Source: a virus
Lineage: Duplodnaviria > Heunggongvirae > Uroviricota > Caudoviricetes
Length of the DNA: 64,000 nucleotides
Virus record (IMG/VR): IMGVR_UViG_3300045988_010208
Strand: one strand, 5' to 3'
The notes under the pieces are model-generated. The model saw only the letters and a program-made list of their open reading frames with translations. It did no database searches and was not told the DNA's origin. How positions within the stretch are numbered: the stretch's first letter is position 1; the number at the start of each line of letters is the position of its first letter. The position numbers and the translations under genes were made by a program. Of the stretch, positions 23,724 through 33,344 are shown one piece after another.

Positions 23724-25701
23724 AGGTCGTAAATTGAAAGAGGCTGGTCAGTTTATTGGTCATTGTGCATGTCCACGTTGTGGTTCATCAGATGCTGGTT
23801 CAATCTATCATCATGACGATGATTCTTATTCGATGACTTGCTTTAGCTGTAACAAAGGTTTCCCAGAGTGGGATTTTGATAAAGGGCAAATCGTGAGCAC
23901 TTATTCTACTGGTTCAGACAATAAAAACCGTACTTTCCGTGGAATGGATTTAGTCGATGTAAAAGAAAACCTTGAAGCAATGGACTTGAAAGACAGGAAG
24001 ATTCCTGCAAAAGTTCTTGAGCGTTTGGGTATTAAGGTTGACATTGACAGTGATGGTGAAATTGATGCGCATTTCTATCCAACTTACAAACGTAATGAAG
24101 ATGGTAAGCTAGAGCACGTCGGTTACCGTGTACGTCATCGTTATCCAGAAGACCATCCAAAAGAGCACCTACGCGGTAAGCTAAAAGACTTCTCAGGTGG
24201 TGTTGGAGACATTAAAGGTGAACTGGCAATGTTCGGTTCATGGATTGCTCCAGAAGGTGGTAACCGTCTATTCATCTGGGAAGGTGAGATGGAATGTGCG
24301 ACAGCAATCTATATGACTTCTCTTGCGATTAAGGACAAATCTCGTCGTAAGAATTACTGTCACGTATCTGTTCCATCAGGTGCAAACATTAAGTCTATCA
24401 AAGACAACTATCAGTACATCACATCATTTGACGAGATTTACTTGTGCTTTGATAACGATGAAGCAGGTGCTAAAGCTACTAAAGAGGCTGCTGGCATCCT
24501 CCCTATCGAAAAGGTTCGTTTGTTCCAGTATCCAGAGGGTGTAAAAGACCTTAACGAATGGTGGACAAAGTTCTATAAAGAGAAAGATACAGTTCTGGAA
24601 GGATTTAAGCAGCGTATCTACAATGCACCCCGTTACTGCCCTGCTGGTATCAAGAACTTCGCAGATGGTTTTGAGGCAATGAAGAATCGTGGTCAGATTC
24701 CATTGATTCCTTTCCCAGAATCTTTCGGAGATTTGAACAGACTGACTTATGGTGGTTATGGTCTAGGTGAGATTACAACTCTGGCAGCACCATCTTCAGT
24801 GGGTAAATCAGCATACACTCGTGAAATGATTTACACTGCTTGGAAAGATACCGATTACAATATTGGTGTAATTCCTGTAGAGGATACCTATGAAGAGTTG
24901 ATGGAGATGCTCTGTGCAATCCACCTGAGCAAGCAGATTTCTGAGATTCCTTATGACGAACGTGATTGGGATGAATTGAAGGAAGCACATGCAGAACTGT
25001 CTAAAGGTCGTCGTATCCACATCGTTGACCATCAAGGGGCAATTGACCAAGATAACTTGCTGGAATTTGTTGACTATCTTGTTAACAGTTTAGACTGTAA
25101 GATTATTATTCTTGACCCTATTACGTTGGCTCTGTCACGTTCAGATACGGATGAAGAGGAAGTTTTGTCTGAGCTATTGCGTCGTTGCAAACGCTACCAG
25201 TATGCACAGGTGAACGTCTGTCACGTTCGTAAGAGTGCAGGTGGTCAGAAGGCTAACTCTGAAGGTGGAGATATCTCTGAAGAGGATATTAAAGGTTCTG
25301 GTGCGTATTTCCAGATTTCTATGAACAACATCCTGTTAATGCGTAACAAAGTTGACCCAGACCCTGTTAAGAAAAACTTGACAAAAATCAAGCTAACTAA
25401 ATGTCGTCGTCACGGTAAGTCAACGGGTATTGCTGGTCATACTTGGTACAATCCAGATACAGGACGCCTCATCAAAGCATCTGGTTGCGGAGTTGACATT
25501 GATGGTGCAGCAGAAAATATTCGCCAACAGTTTGGTATTGGTGAAGCTGAAGACCATTACGATGACTCTTTGCCACATTATGAGGATGAAGTATTTGACC
25601 GTGAGACTGGTGAAGTCTATACTGAAGAGCAGCGCCAAAGCTCAACGATTCCACCTGTATTAAGTGAGGATGCAGATGACTGCCCATTCGAAACTGAGTG
25701 A
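23710..25701 (+). CDS. bifunctional DNA primase-helicase (T7 gp4-like)
   Basis: 663 aa; N-terminal zinc finger CPRCGSSD...CFSCNKG; central TOPRIM-like region; C-terminal DnaB-type Walker A LAAPSSVGKSAY. Confidence 0.85.
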   Translation: MLMSKGRKLKEAGQFIGHCACPRCGSSDAGSIYHHDDDSYSMTCFSCNKGFPEWDFDKGQIVSTYSTGSDNKNRTFRGMDLVDVKENLEAMDLKDRKIPAKVLERLGIKVDIDSDGEIDAHFYPTYKRNEDGKLEHVGYRVRHRYPEDHPKEHLRGKLKDFSGGVGDIKGELAMFGSWIAPEGGNRLFIWEGEMECATAIYMTSLAIKDKSRRKNYCHVSVPSGANIKSIKDNYQYITSFDEIYLCFDNDEAGAKATKEAAGILPIEKVRLFQYPEGVKDLNEWWTKFYKEKDTVLEGFKQRIYNAPRYCPAGIKNFADGFEAMKNRGQIPLIPFPESFGDLNRLTYGGYGLGEITTLAAPSSVGKSAYTREMIYTAWKDTDYNIGVIPVEDTYEELMEMLCAIHLSKQISEIPYDERDWDELKEAHAELSKGRRIHIVDHQGAIDQDNLLEFVDYLVNSLDCKIIILDPITLALSRSDTDEEEVLSELLRRCKRYQYAQVNVCHVRKSAGGQKANSEGGDISEEDIKGSGAYFQISMNNILLMRNKVDPDPVKKNLTKIKLTKCRRHGKSTGIAGHTWYNPDTGRLIKASGCGVDIDGAAENIRQQFGIGEAEDHYDDSLPHYEDEVFDRETGEVYTEEQRQSSTIPPVLSEDADDCPFETE

Positions 25702-25953
25702 TAGTTATAAAAGAGAGGGGTTCACACCCTTCTTTGAAGAAAAAAGTTTAAATAAATTTCAGGAAGAGTGTTTGACAAAGATTGATAGGTTCTATAGAAT
25801 GCTCCTTATGAAATGCGATGGGGAAGTTGAGATAAAAGAAGATTTCCACCAAAGCATGATTACAGTCATCATTGCGCTGCCTCAGCATAATATTAGCTGG
25901 CTGTTTATAATTAAAGAAAATGTGTTTGAATATCAAGTATATCGGAGAATATC

Positions 25954-26103
25954 ATGAAACACTCTAAAGCATTTGAAAAAGTTTTTGGGGATTCCTTAAA
26001 AGCCACTGCTGGAAAACCAGCAAAATACTATGAAGAGAAACGTGTAAGAACTGGAAAAACTGCACGTAAAGCAGCTTCTAAAGATAAGCACAACTTCCAG
26101 TAA
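25954..26103 (+). CDS. possible small basic protein (49 aa)
   Basis: Not in ORF track; ATG preceded by GGAGAA RBS; my translation MKHSKAFEKVFGDSLKATAGKPAKYYEEKRVRTGKTARKAASKDKHNFQ. Confidence 0.3.
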   Translation: MKHSKAFEKVFGDSLKATAGKPAKYYEEKRVRTGKTARKAASKDKHNFQ

Positions 26104-26110
26104 TTAGTAT

Positions 26111-26139
26111 TTGACAATAGAGTATCAACAAATTAGAAT
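26111..26139 (+). promoter_or_regulatory. sigma70-type promoter upstream of SSB-like gene
   Basis: TTGACA -17 nt- TAGAAT about 35 nt upstream of the 26176 start. Confidence 0.6.
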
Positions 26140-26175
26140 TGGTACTCTTCATAAATTGAGATAGAGGTTTAAATA

Positions 26176-27033
26176 ATGTCTAAAGTTGTTAAAATGAAAG
26201 CTCCGGTAGAGAAGTACAACGGTACTGAACGTCAAACTCTGCGTTACCTGCTGAAAGATGTCTGGTTTTATTACCTGAACACTTCACCACGTCCGGGGAA
26301 AGGTAAGTCTATTGATAAAAAATTCCCAGGAAAAGATTGTAACTACAGCGTATCAATTCTGGCAGAGGACGGTAACAAACTGTTTAAAGAGTTTACTAAG
26401 TCTAAGAAAAATCCAGAAGGCTGGGATAAAGTTACTACTGAAGCAGTTGATGCAGATGACTTCGAAGAGAAGTTTGGTTGTAAACCACCTTTTGAAGCAG
26501 ATACTTACTACATCTTGAAAGTAAGTCGTGCAGCAGCTTATAAAGATGGTGCTGTATGGACAGCTAAACAGTCATTCCCTGTAATGCTGATTGAAGAAGT
26601 AAATGGTAAGCGTGTAGCTGTTAAGCAGCCGATGAAGAAAATCAAAGCTCAAGCATCTGATAAACATGAAGATGACAAGAACTATGACGTAATTCATCCA
26701 GATATCGCAGTTGGTAACGGTTCTTTTGGTAGTGTGATTCTTTCTACTCACTTCTACACTTTTGAGAACAATGTTCTGACAAAACCTATTCAGGAACAGT
26801 TTATCATTGATACTCTTGTACCTTACACTGGTGGCAACGGTGCTAACGGTGAGCCTGAACTGGATGAAGATGAACTGGCTATGCTTGGTCTTGATGGTGT
26901 TGAAGATAACGGTGAAATCACTGAAGAAGACGCAACAGACCATAAATCTTCGAATGCTTCTGATGATGGTGATGATGAAGATTTGCCAGACCCAGATGAC
27001 GAAGAAGATGAAGACTTCGATACAGAAGACTAA
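26176..27033 (+). CDS. putative single-stranded DNA-binding protein with acidic C-terminal tail
   Basis: 285 aa; strongly acidic C-terminus DDGDDEDLPDPDDEEDEDFDTED; located in replication module with own promoter and terminator. Confidence 0.5.
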   Translation: MSKVVKMKAPVEKYNGTERQTLRYLLKDVWFYYLNTSPRPGKGKSIDKKFPGKDCNYSVSILAEDGNKLFKEFTKSKKNPEGWDKVTTEAVDADDFEEKFGCKPPFEADTYYILKVSRAAAYKDGAVWTAKQSFPVMLIEEVNGKRVAVKQPMKKIKAQASDKHEDDKNYDVIHPDIAVGNGSFGSVILSTHFYTFENNVLTKPIQEQFIIDTLVPYTGGNGANGEPELDEDELAMLGLDGVEDNGEITEEDATDHKSSNASDDGDDEDLPDPDDEEDEDFDTED

Positions 27034-27051
27034 TCTCTAAAAGTTACTTTA

Positions 27052-27079
27052 AAGCCCTGTACTTAGTATGGGGCTTTTT
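27052..27079 (+). terminator. intrinsic terminator
   Basis: AAGCCC...GGGGCTTTTT hairpin with T-tract after the SSB-like gene. Confidence 0.5.
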
Positions 27080-27095
27080 CATATGGAGAGCCATA

Positions 27096-28142
27096 ATGGA
27101 GAAGTACACATTAACAAAACTTCCCGATTCAGTTACACATGTTTTTATTGACTCTGACAGCATTGCCTATAAAGGTGCTTGTGTAGTTGAGAAAGCAAAA
27201 TATAAATATGTCAATAAACTCACAGCAGAAGAATCTGATTCGTTTGATAATGCAAAAGATGCTGCAAGATGGTTAGCAGACCAGAGAATCCTTGTGGAAG
27301 AGCTTGGTCTGACATTTGATGAAGATGAATGGGAAAGACAGACTTGGAAAGAAGCTAAGAGTGAAAAAGAAGCTATCATGGCTACTCAACAGGTGCTTCA
27401 GGAATGGCTTAAGGTTGTTGGTAAAAAAAGAACTTGGGTAGGTTATTTAACAGAGAAAGGTGTGCATAAACATAAAGACATTAAAGGTCTTGAGCACCAA
27501 TATCAAGGTAACCGTAAAGATGCTGTCACACCAACACACTTAGTTGCTTGTCGTGAATATCTTCTGTCAAGACCAGAGTTCAAATTGATTCTTGATGGAT
27601 TTGAAGCTGACTCTATCGTTATTGCTAAAGCTGAAAAGATGGGTAAAAAGGCTGCCTTAATGAGTATTGATAAAGACCTTCGCCAAGCTGAAGGGACTTA
27701 CTGCATTGATATGACCTATGAAAAGTCACCTTTGATTTTCATTGCTGACAACAACGTAGGTGAAATTTGGGATTGCCCAATAAAATCGACACCAAAAGCT
27801 AAGAAGACAGTTGGGGTAGGTTTTAAATTTCTTTGCTATCAAGCCGTGGCTGGTGATAATGCGGATAATTATTTTGGCTTAAAAGGTGTTGGCAAGGTTA
27901 CTATAATGAAAGCCCTTGAGGGTAAAACCACTTACAAAGAGTGTCTTGATGCAATTTATGAGCTTTATGCTAAGAAAGAGTCATACACTTATGTCTCGTG
28001 GGATGGTCAAACAATTACCAGAACACCTTTAGAGTTAATGCAGCAACACTTTTTCTTAGCTTATCAGGAAAGAAACAAGAAAGACGATTTCACTTTTGAT
28101 AAGTATGGGTGGACACCAAATGTTAACTCAACAAACTCTTAA
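27096..28142 (+). CDS. putative 5'-3' exonuclease / flap endonuclease
   Basis: 348 aa; N-terminal acidic FIDSDSIAYKG and H3TH-like GLKGVGKVTIMKALEG; position in replication module. Confidence 0.5.
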   Translation: MEKYTLTKLPDSVTHVFIDSDSIAYKGACVVEKAKYKYVNKLTAEESDSFDNAKDAARWLADQRILVEELGLTFDEDEWERQTWKEAKSEKEAIMATQQVLQEWLKVVGKKRTWVGYLTEKGVHKHKDIKGLEHQYQGNRKDAVTPTHLVACREYLLSRPEFKLILDGFEADSIVIAKAEKMGKKAALMSIDKDLRQAEGTYCIDMTYEKSPLIFIADNNVGEIWDCPIKSTPKAKKTVGVGFKFLCYQAVAGDNADNYFGLKGVGKVTIMKALEGKTTYKECLDAIYELYAKKESYTYVSWDGQTITRTPLELMQQHFFLAYQERNKKDDFTFDKYGWTPNVNSTNS

Positions 28143-28620
28143 AGAATACCTGCACTATGACCCCGAAACAGGGGTCTTTACTTGGTTAGTTGGTAGAAAA
28201 GGTAAGGCCAAAGCTGGCTCAGTAGCAGGTCTTAAACATCATAGTGGTTATATCTATATAAAACTCTTCGGAAAAAGATATGCAGCACACAGACTGGCAT
28301 TCTTGTATATGAAAGGATACCTCCCAAAATTTGTTGACCACAAGAATGGTATCAGGCACGACAACTGGTTCGACAATTTGAGAGAGTGTAGCAGGTCAGA
28401 CAACAACTGCAATGCAGTCAAAAGAAAAGATAATAAGTCTGGTGTGAAGGGTGTATATTACCACAAGCAAAGAGGTAGATGGGCTGCACAAGTCAAGCAT
28501 AATAAAGTATGCTACCATCTAGGTTTATTTGACTCTATCACTGAGGCTGAATCAGTTGTCAAAAAGAAAAGAGAAGAACTCCATAGAGAGTTTACAAATC
28601 ACGGAGAAGCTCATGAATGA
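28096..28620 (+). CDS. HNH homing endonuclease with AP2-like domain
   Basis: 174 aa; VDHKNGIRHDNWFDNLRECSRSDN HNH motif; paralogue of 18016-18531 (shared YDPETGV..TW and GKW/RWAAQV motifs). Confidence 0.8.
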   Translation: MISMGGHQMLTQQTLKEYLHYDPETGVFTWLVGRKGKAKAGSVAGLKHHSGYIYIKLFGKRYAAHRLAFLYMKGYLPKFVDHKNGIRHDNWFDNLRECSRSDNNCNAVKRKDNKSGVKGVYYHKQRGRWAAQVKHNKVCYHLGLFDSITEAESVVKKKREELHREFTNHGEAHE

Positions 28621-29117
28621 TTAAAGTTAAAGGTTTTGGGAGTTGCCCCACTTATGGTCACTGGATTTCACTATGTGGTGAAGTTGACCCAGCAAAGCAC
28701 TTTGGTTTTGTCTACCTAGTGTACTGCAAAAAGACTGGACAGTACTATTTGGGTAAGAAACAGCTTAACAGTGTGACCAAAAGAAAAGTTGCTGGGAAGA
28801 CTCGGAAGAAGGTAGTCACTAAGGAAAGTGATTGGATGACTTACGAGACTTCTTCTGAGTATATTAAAAAAGATATTGAGAGCTTTGGAAAAGAATTTTT
28901 TGACTTTTACATTATCCAAACCTACTACACAAAAGGTGGTCTAGTTTATGGTGAAGCAAACCTTCAACATAAGTTCGATGTAATGACAAAAAGGATTGAC
29001 TCGAAGCTCAGACTCTTCTACAATGCCAATATTGCAGCAATTAAGTTTATTACTAAAGAAACTTATGAAGATGCTGAAAAAAGAATCCATAAGGTAATGA
29101 AAGCAAATTGTGCTTGA
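28617..29117 (+). CDS. putative GIY-YIG homing endonuclease
   Basis: 166 aa; N-terminal GFVYLVYCKKTGQYYLGKK fits the GIY-(x10)-YIG spacing; directly follows the HNH gene. Confidence 0.5.
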   Translation: MIKVKGFGSCPTYGHWISLCGEVDPAKHFGFVYLVYCKKTGQYYLGKKQLNSVTKRKVAGKTRKKVVTKESDWMTYETSSEYIKKDIESFGKEFFDFYIIQTYYTKGGLVYGEANLQHKFDVMTKRIDSKLRLFYNANIAAIKFITKETYEDAEKRIHKVMKANCA

Positions 29118-29123
29118 TAACTA

Positions 29124-29387
29124 TTGAGAGAGAATAAAATGTTTAACAAAAGTAAAGCTGTGAGTCATGTAGCAAAAGTTGACAGCAAGATTGAAGAACT
29201 TGAGCGCATTCTTGCAAATGCTAGAGAGTCAATAATTAAAGAAGTTGAAGCTGTTGAATCTCAAATGCAGCACCTAATGCTGAAACGTCAAGAACTACGT
29301 GAGCATCTAGAATATATTGAAACACGAGAGCTAAAGGTTAACAAATATTTTAAGGAGTCCGAATGTTTAACTCAAGAGAATCAGTAA
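29124..29387 (+). CDS. hypothetical coiled-coil protein
   Basis: 87-aa ORF. Confidence 0.3.
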   Translation: MRENKMFNKSKAVSHVAKVDSKIEELERILANARESIIKEVEAVESQMQHLMLKRQELREHLEYIETRELKVNKYFKESECLTQENQ

Positions 29388-30118
29388 AAAACTGGAACCT
29401 TCGTTGTGGAAACACTCAAAAGCAACCTTACAGTGATGAGTATTGGGAATCTTTAAAATCTCAATCTCTGTGTATGCTTGAAGAAGCAAAAGAGCTTGTA
29501 AAAGCAATTGAAGAGAAAGACCCCATTGAGACACTGGATGCTCAGGCGGATTTGCAATATGTTCTTGACGGATTGATTTATCTGTCACAACATGACCATA
29601 ACGGTGCTATGAAAGCTGTTTGCCATAATAATGACCTGAAGTACACAGATGACTACGAAGAAGCTTTAAAACGTCTTGCAGACATTGAAAAGCGTACTGG
29701 TCAAGAGTGTATTATCAGAATGTCAGTAGTTGATGGTAAAGAGTGGTATGCGATTGTTCGTGCAGCCGATGGGAAGATTATGAAGCAATCAAATCTCCCT
29801 AAAGTACAGCTTGGTGAATACATTGTAGAGCTTGAAAGCCAAGAACTTTTTGTGGTAGTATCTGAGACATGCGTTATCTGCAAAGGTATTGTAGGTAGCT
29901 TAAAGGATTTGGGTGTAGATGGTTTTGTAGAAGTTAATCCAATTACCTCTAAAGCAGATAAAGACTTCTGTAAAGAGAACGGACTATGGATTGCAGATAT
30001 TGTCTACTATGATGGTGAGCAGTTCCATGTAACCTCATACCCGAAACTGAATTATGATGCTAATAACCTGAAGTGCTGGTTAAAAGGGGTTGGTTATAAT
30101 GGATTCACAGAACATTAA
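29363..30118 (+). CDS. hypothetical protein (weak MazG-like pyrophosphohydrolase resemblance)
   Basis: 251 aa; LEEAKELVKAIEE...DAQADLQYVLDGL loosely resembles the EExxE...D motif of all-alpha NTP pyrophosphatases; not verified. Confidence 0.3.
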   Translation: MFNSRESVKNWNLRCGNTQKQPYSDEYWESLKSQSLCMLEEAKELVKAIEEKDPIETLDAQADLQYVLDGLIYLSQHDHNGAMKAVCHNNDLKYTDDYEEALKRLADIEKRTGQECIIRMSVVDGKEWYAIVRAADGKIMKQSNLPKVQLGEYIVELESQELFVVVSETCVICKGIVGSLKDLGVDGFVEVNPITSKADKDFCKENGLWIADIVYYDGEQFHVTSYPKLNYDANNLKCWLKGVGYNGFTEH

Positions 30119-30422
30119 TAAAGAGTGTGTGGCTCAGAAGAGCCACTTCTCAAACTACAATATTTCTATGACGGTGTTTATGTATGACCCGTTACTTGAG
30201 AAGTATGGTGAGACTCCAGATACACTTCTGGACAATGAACAAGTTTTAAAAGCAGTCCTGTACAAATACGGGATTGATATTGAGAAAGAGTATTCCTTTG
30301 AAATCTGCCAACACAGGAATACTTTCGGTAAAGTTGTGATGGCTCCACTCTTTATGGGTGTAGAAAGGACTGACTATGGTTGGTTGTATCTAAAAAGAAA
30401 CTTGGAGAAATACCGTGTCTAA
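30090..30422 (+). CDS. hypothetical protein
   Basis: 110-aa ORF. Confidence 0.35.
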   Translation: MVIMDSQNINKECVAQKSHFSNYNISMTVFMYDPLLEKYGETPDTLLDNEQVLKAVLYKYGIDIEKEYSFEICQHRNTFGKVVMAPLFMGVERTDYGWLYLKRNLEKYRV

Positions 30423-30750
30423 AGCAAAAAAGCTATCTTATGATGACATTATCTCAGGTGCTAAATTAGGTGTTGATAGTATCGGACAAGATGTTAAGCA
30501 CGGGGACACAGTTATGTACTGTGATGACCGAAGAGGCAGAAGTGCAATCTTGTTTGGAAGAATTGTTTGCAAGATACGAGGTAATTACGTTGTTGCAGAC
30601 ATGGATGAGAGCACTGCACAAGAACTTGAAGCAATTATGAATGGCAATACACCATCGTGGTTCCTAAATTGTATGCACACTTCTTCAGTCACAAAAGTAA
30701 GTGATAAGTTTTACGATATGTGGCAGAATGAGCAAATTTTCAAGATTTAA
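30415..30750 (+). CDS. hypothetical protein
   Basis: 111-aa ORF followed by a strong terminator. Confidence 0.35.
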   Translation: MSKAKKLSYDDIISGAKLGVDSIGQDVKHGDTVMYCDDRRGRSAILFGRIVCKIRGNYVVADMDESTAQELEAIMNGNTPSWFLNCMHTSSVTKVSDKFYDMWQNEQIFKI

Positions 30751-30765
30751 ACTATGGAGCCTCTT

Positions 30766-30790
30766 CGGAGGCTCTTTTCATCTGTAGGAT
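30766..30790 (+). terminator. intrinsic terminator
   Basis: GAGCCUC-UUCG-GAGGCUC tetraloop hairpin followed by UUUU; just upstream of nrdA. Confidence 0.7.
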
Positions 30791-30796
30791 TCAAAA

Positions 30797-33031
30797 ATGA
30801 TTAAGACAATTAAAAAATCAAACGGTACAGTAGTAAGCTTTGACCCAGAAAGACTGAACAAGTGGGCATCATGGGCAGATAAGCGTGGAATTATCTGGTC
30901 AGAAGTCACTATGGAAGCTATGAAACGTGTCTATGAAGGATGCACTACAAAAGAGATGCACCAAGCCATGATTGATGTTTGTGTTGATAAACAAACTCAA
31001 GAGTACTCAGACATGGCTGGACGGCTACTTTTGGGTATTATCTACAAAGAAGCTTTTGGAGGCTTTACTAAGGTTCCTACACTGATTACCTTCGTTAAAA
31101 ATATGGAGAGAGCAGGACTTTGGGAGAAGATGGACTATTCACAGGAAGAGCTTGAATACCTGCAAGGTTACATCGTACACTCAAAAGATATCTCTTACGG
31201 TTATGCAGTCTTGAAACAGTTCAGAGACAAGTACGGTATCCGTGATATTAAAACTGGAAGACTTTTTGAGTCACCACAGTTTATGTTTATGGGTATGGCT
31301 ATGAAAGCCTTTGAGAAGCAACCAAAGCACCGTAGACTGCAAGATGTTATCAAGCTGTACACTTACCTGTCTGACCTGAAGATTAATGCTCCTACACCTT
31401 ATTTAAACGGTTTAAGAGCCACCAAGTCAGGCTATGCGTCATGCTGTTTGATTAAGGCAAATGATACTGCTGAGTCTCTCGGTATTGCTGCAAAGGTTGC
31501 TTATGATATGACCACAAAGCAAGCTGGTATTGGTATGCTGATGGAGACACGTACTATTGGTGATGGTATCCGTCAAAATACGATTGAGCACATGGGTAAG
31601 CTACCTTATTACAAGCTTGTACGTTCATCTGTAGAGGCAAACAAACAGAAGAGCCGTGGTGGTTCAGCTAATAACTTCTACACTGCTCTAGACCCGCAGA
31701 TTGAAGATTTACTGCGTTTGAAGCACCCTACAACGGTTCCTTCTAAACGTATTAATGAGATGGACTACTCATTCGGCACAAATGATTATTTCTGGCAGTG
31801 TGTTCAGTATGATACAGATTGGTTGCTATTCTCTTACAAAGATGCACCAAAACTCTATGACATGTTCTACACAGCATCTGCTGATGAGTTTGCTATGGCA
31901 GTTGGTCACGCAGTACATTCAGGAGTTAAGCACAGACGAGTAAAGGCTCGTGAAATTGCTAAGCTGTTTATTCAGCAGCGTTATGCTACAGGTCGTGTGT
32001 ATCCATTCTTCACTAACAATGCAAACACACATACACCATTTAAAGAGCCTTTGAAGATGTCAAATCTTTGTATGGAAATTGTGTTGCCAGTGTATGGTTT
32101 TGAGAAAGAGACAGACCTTTACAGAGACGATGCTGTGAAAGAGGATGGTGAGGTGGCTCTTTGCTTCCTAGCTAGTTTGGTTGCAGGGAGAATTTCAGAA
32201 GATGAATACGCTGACGTTGCTTATTATGCTCTTGCAATGGTTGACTCCGTTATTGACCTTATGGATTATCCGTATCCGTCGATGCGTAACCATGTTCAGA
32301 AGCGTCGTTCTGTTGGGATTGGCCTTACAAATGTGGCTCATTACCTTGCGAAGAACTACGTGAACTACTCTTCACGAGCAGGTAAAACGAAACTTCATGA
32401 ACTTGCAGAGATGCACTCTTACTATCTGCATGAAGCCTCTCTGAGACTTGCTAAAGAGCGTGGTGTTCCAGAGTACATGAAGTTCACTAAGTATCCTGAA
32501 GGCTGGGTTCCTCCAAAGACAGCTAACAAGAAGATTGATGAAAAGCATGATGCAAAACTACGATATGATTGGGATGACTTAGCACAACGTATCAAAGAAA
32601 ATGGTGGAATCCGAAACTCTGTATTAGAAGCTTACATGCCTAATGAGAGTTCTTCACTAGCAACTAATACGACAAACGGCTTGTACCCAATTCGTGACTT
32701 TATTTTAACTAAAAAGTCTGCAACTGGTAACGTGCTGTTTATTGTTCCAGATTATGAAGAGTTGAAGTATGTCTATGAGATTGCTTGGGATATTGGCACA
32801 TTTGATATGATTGATTGTTATGCAATTGTTCAAAAGTTCACTGGTCAAGCTATCTCTTCAGATTTCTATGTTGACTATGCAAAGTCTAAGAAGGTATCAT
32901 TGGCTCAAGCTTTGAAGTACATGATTTATGCCAACTCGGTAGGTATGAAAACCATGTACTACCTTAACAGTCGCATTGGTGTAGGTAAGTCTGCACTGCA
33001 AGATGCTTATTGCGAGGGTTGTGGTGTTTAG
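30797..33031 (+). CDS. nrdA: ribonucleoside-diphosphate reductase (class I) large subunit
   Basis: 744 aa; catalytic NLCMEI motif; C-terminal CEGCGV redox cysteine pair. Confidence 0.92.
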   Translation: MIKTIKKSNGTVVSFDPERLNKWASWADKRGIIWSEVTMEAMKRVYEGCTTKEMHQAMIDVCVDKQTQEYSDMAGRLLLGIIYKEAFGGFTKVPTLITFVKNMERAGLWEKMDYSQEELEYLQGYIVHSKDISYGYAVLKQFRDKYGIRDIKTGRLFESPQFMFMGMAMKAFEKQPKHRRLQDVIKLYTYLSDLKINAPTPYLNGLRATKSGYASCCLIKANDTAESLGIAAKVAYDMTTKQAGIGMLMETRTIGDGIRQNTIEHMGKLPYYKLVRSSVEANKQKSRGGSANNFYTALDPQIEDLLRLKHPTTVPSKRINEMDYSFGTNDYFWQCVQYDTDWLLFSYKDAPKLYDMFYTASADEFAMAVGHAVHSGVKHRRVKAREIAKLFIQQRYATGRVYPFFTNNANTHTPFKEPLKMSNLCMEIVLPVYGFEKETDLYRDDAVKEDGEVALCFLASLVAGRISEDEYADVAYYALAMVDSVIDLMDYPYPSMRNHVQKRRSVGIGLTNVAHYLAKNYVNYSSRAGKTKLHELAEMHSYYLHEASLRLAKERGVPEYMKFTKYPEGWVPPKTANKKIDEKHDAKLRYDWDDLAQRIKENGGIRNSVLEAYMPNESSSLATNTTNGLYPIRDFILTKKSATGNVLFIVPDYEELKYVYEIAWDIGTFDMIDCYAIVQKFTGQAISSDFYVDYAKSKKVSLAQALKYMIYANSVGMKTMYYLNSRIGVGKSALQDAYCEGCGV

Positions 33032-33086
33032 TTTTAACAACTATGAGGGTCGTAAAAGACCCTCTAAAAATAACTTTGGAGAGACC

Positions 33087-33344
33087 ATGAAAGACTTAAT
33101 AGAAAAACATGAGCGACCTATATACTTGCTCCACAAGCCTCGGAAAACGATGTACTATGTAAGTAGCACAGGCATGATGATAAAACAAAAGGATGACTCA
33201 TGGGTTGCTGGTATCTCTTACATCTCTACAGCAGATGGTAAAATCTATGCAAGACCTTATGAGATGTTTAACAAAGAAAATTGGGAAGTTTTAGACAGAA
33301 AACAAGCCTCAGAAATGATAAAGAAAGGAGAAATCACGCTATGA
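33087..33344 (+). CDS. hypothetical protein between nrdA and nrdB
   Basis: ORF-track ORF 33003-33344 trimmed to internal ATG (MKDLIEKHERP..) with GGAGAG RBS, since the longer form overlaps nrdA. Confidence 0.35.
   Translation: MKDLIEKHERPIYLLHKPRKTMYYVSSTGMMIKQKDDSWVAGISYISTADGKIYARPYEMFNKENWEVLDRKQASEMIKKGEITL

Noticed and set aside
33003-33344. Long form of the ORF between nrdA and nrdB
   Set aside because: The first 28 codons overlap the nrdA C-terminus in another frame and have no RBS; the internal ATG at 33087 is preceded by GGAGAG.
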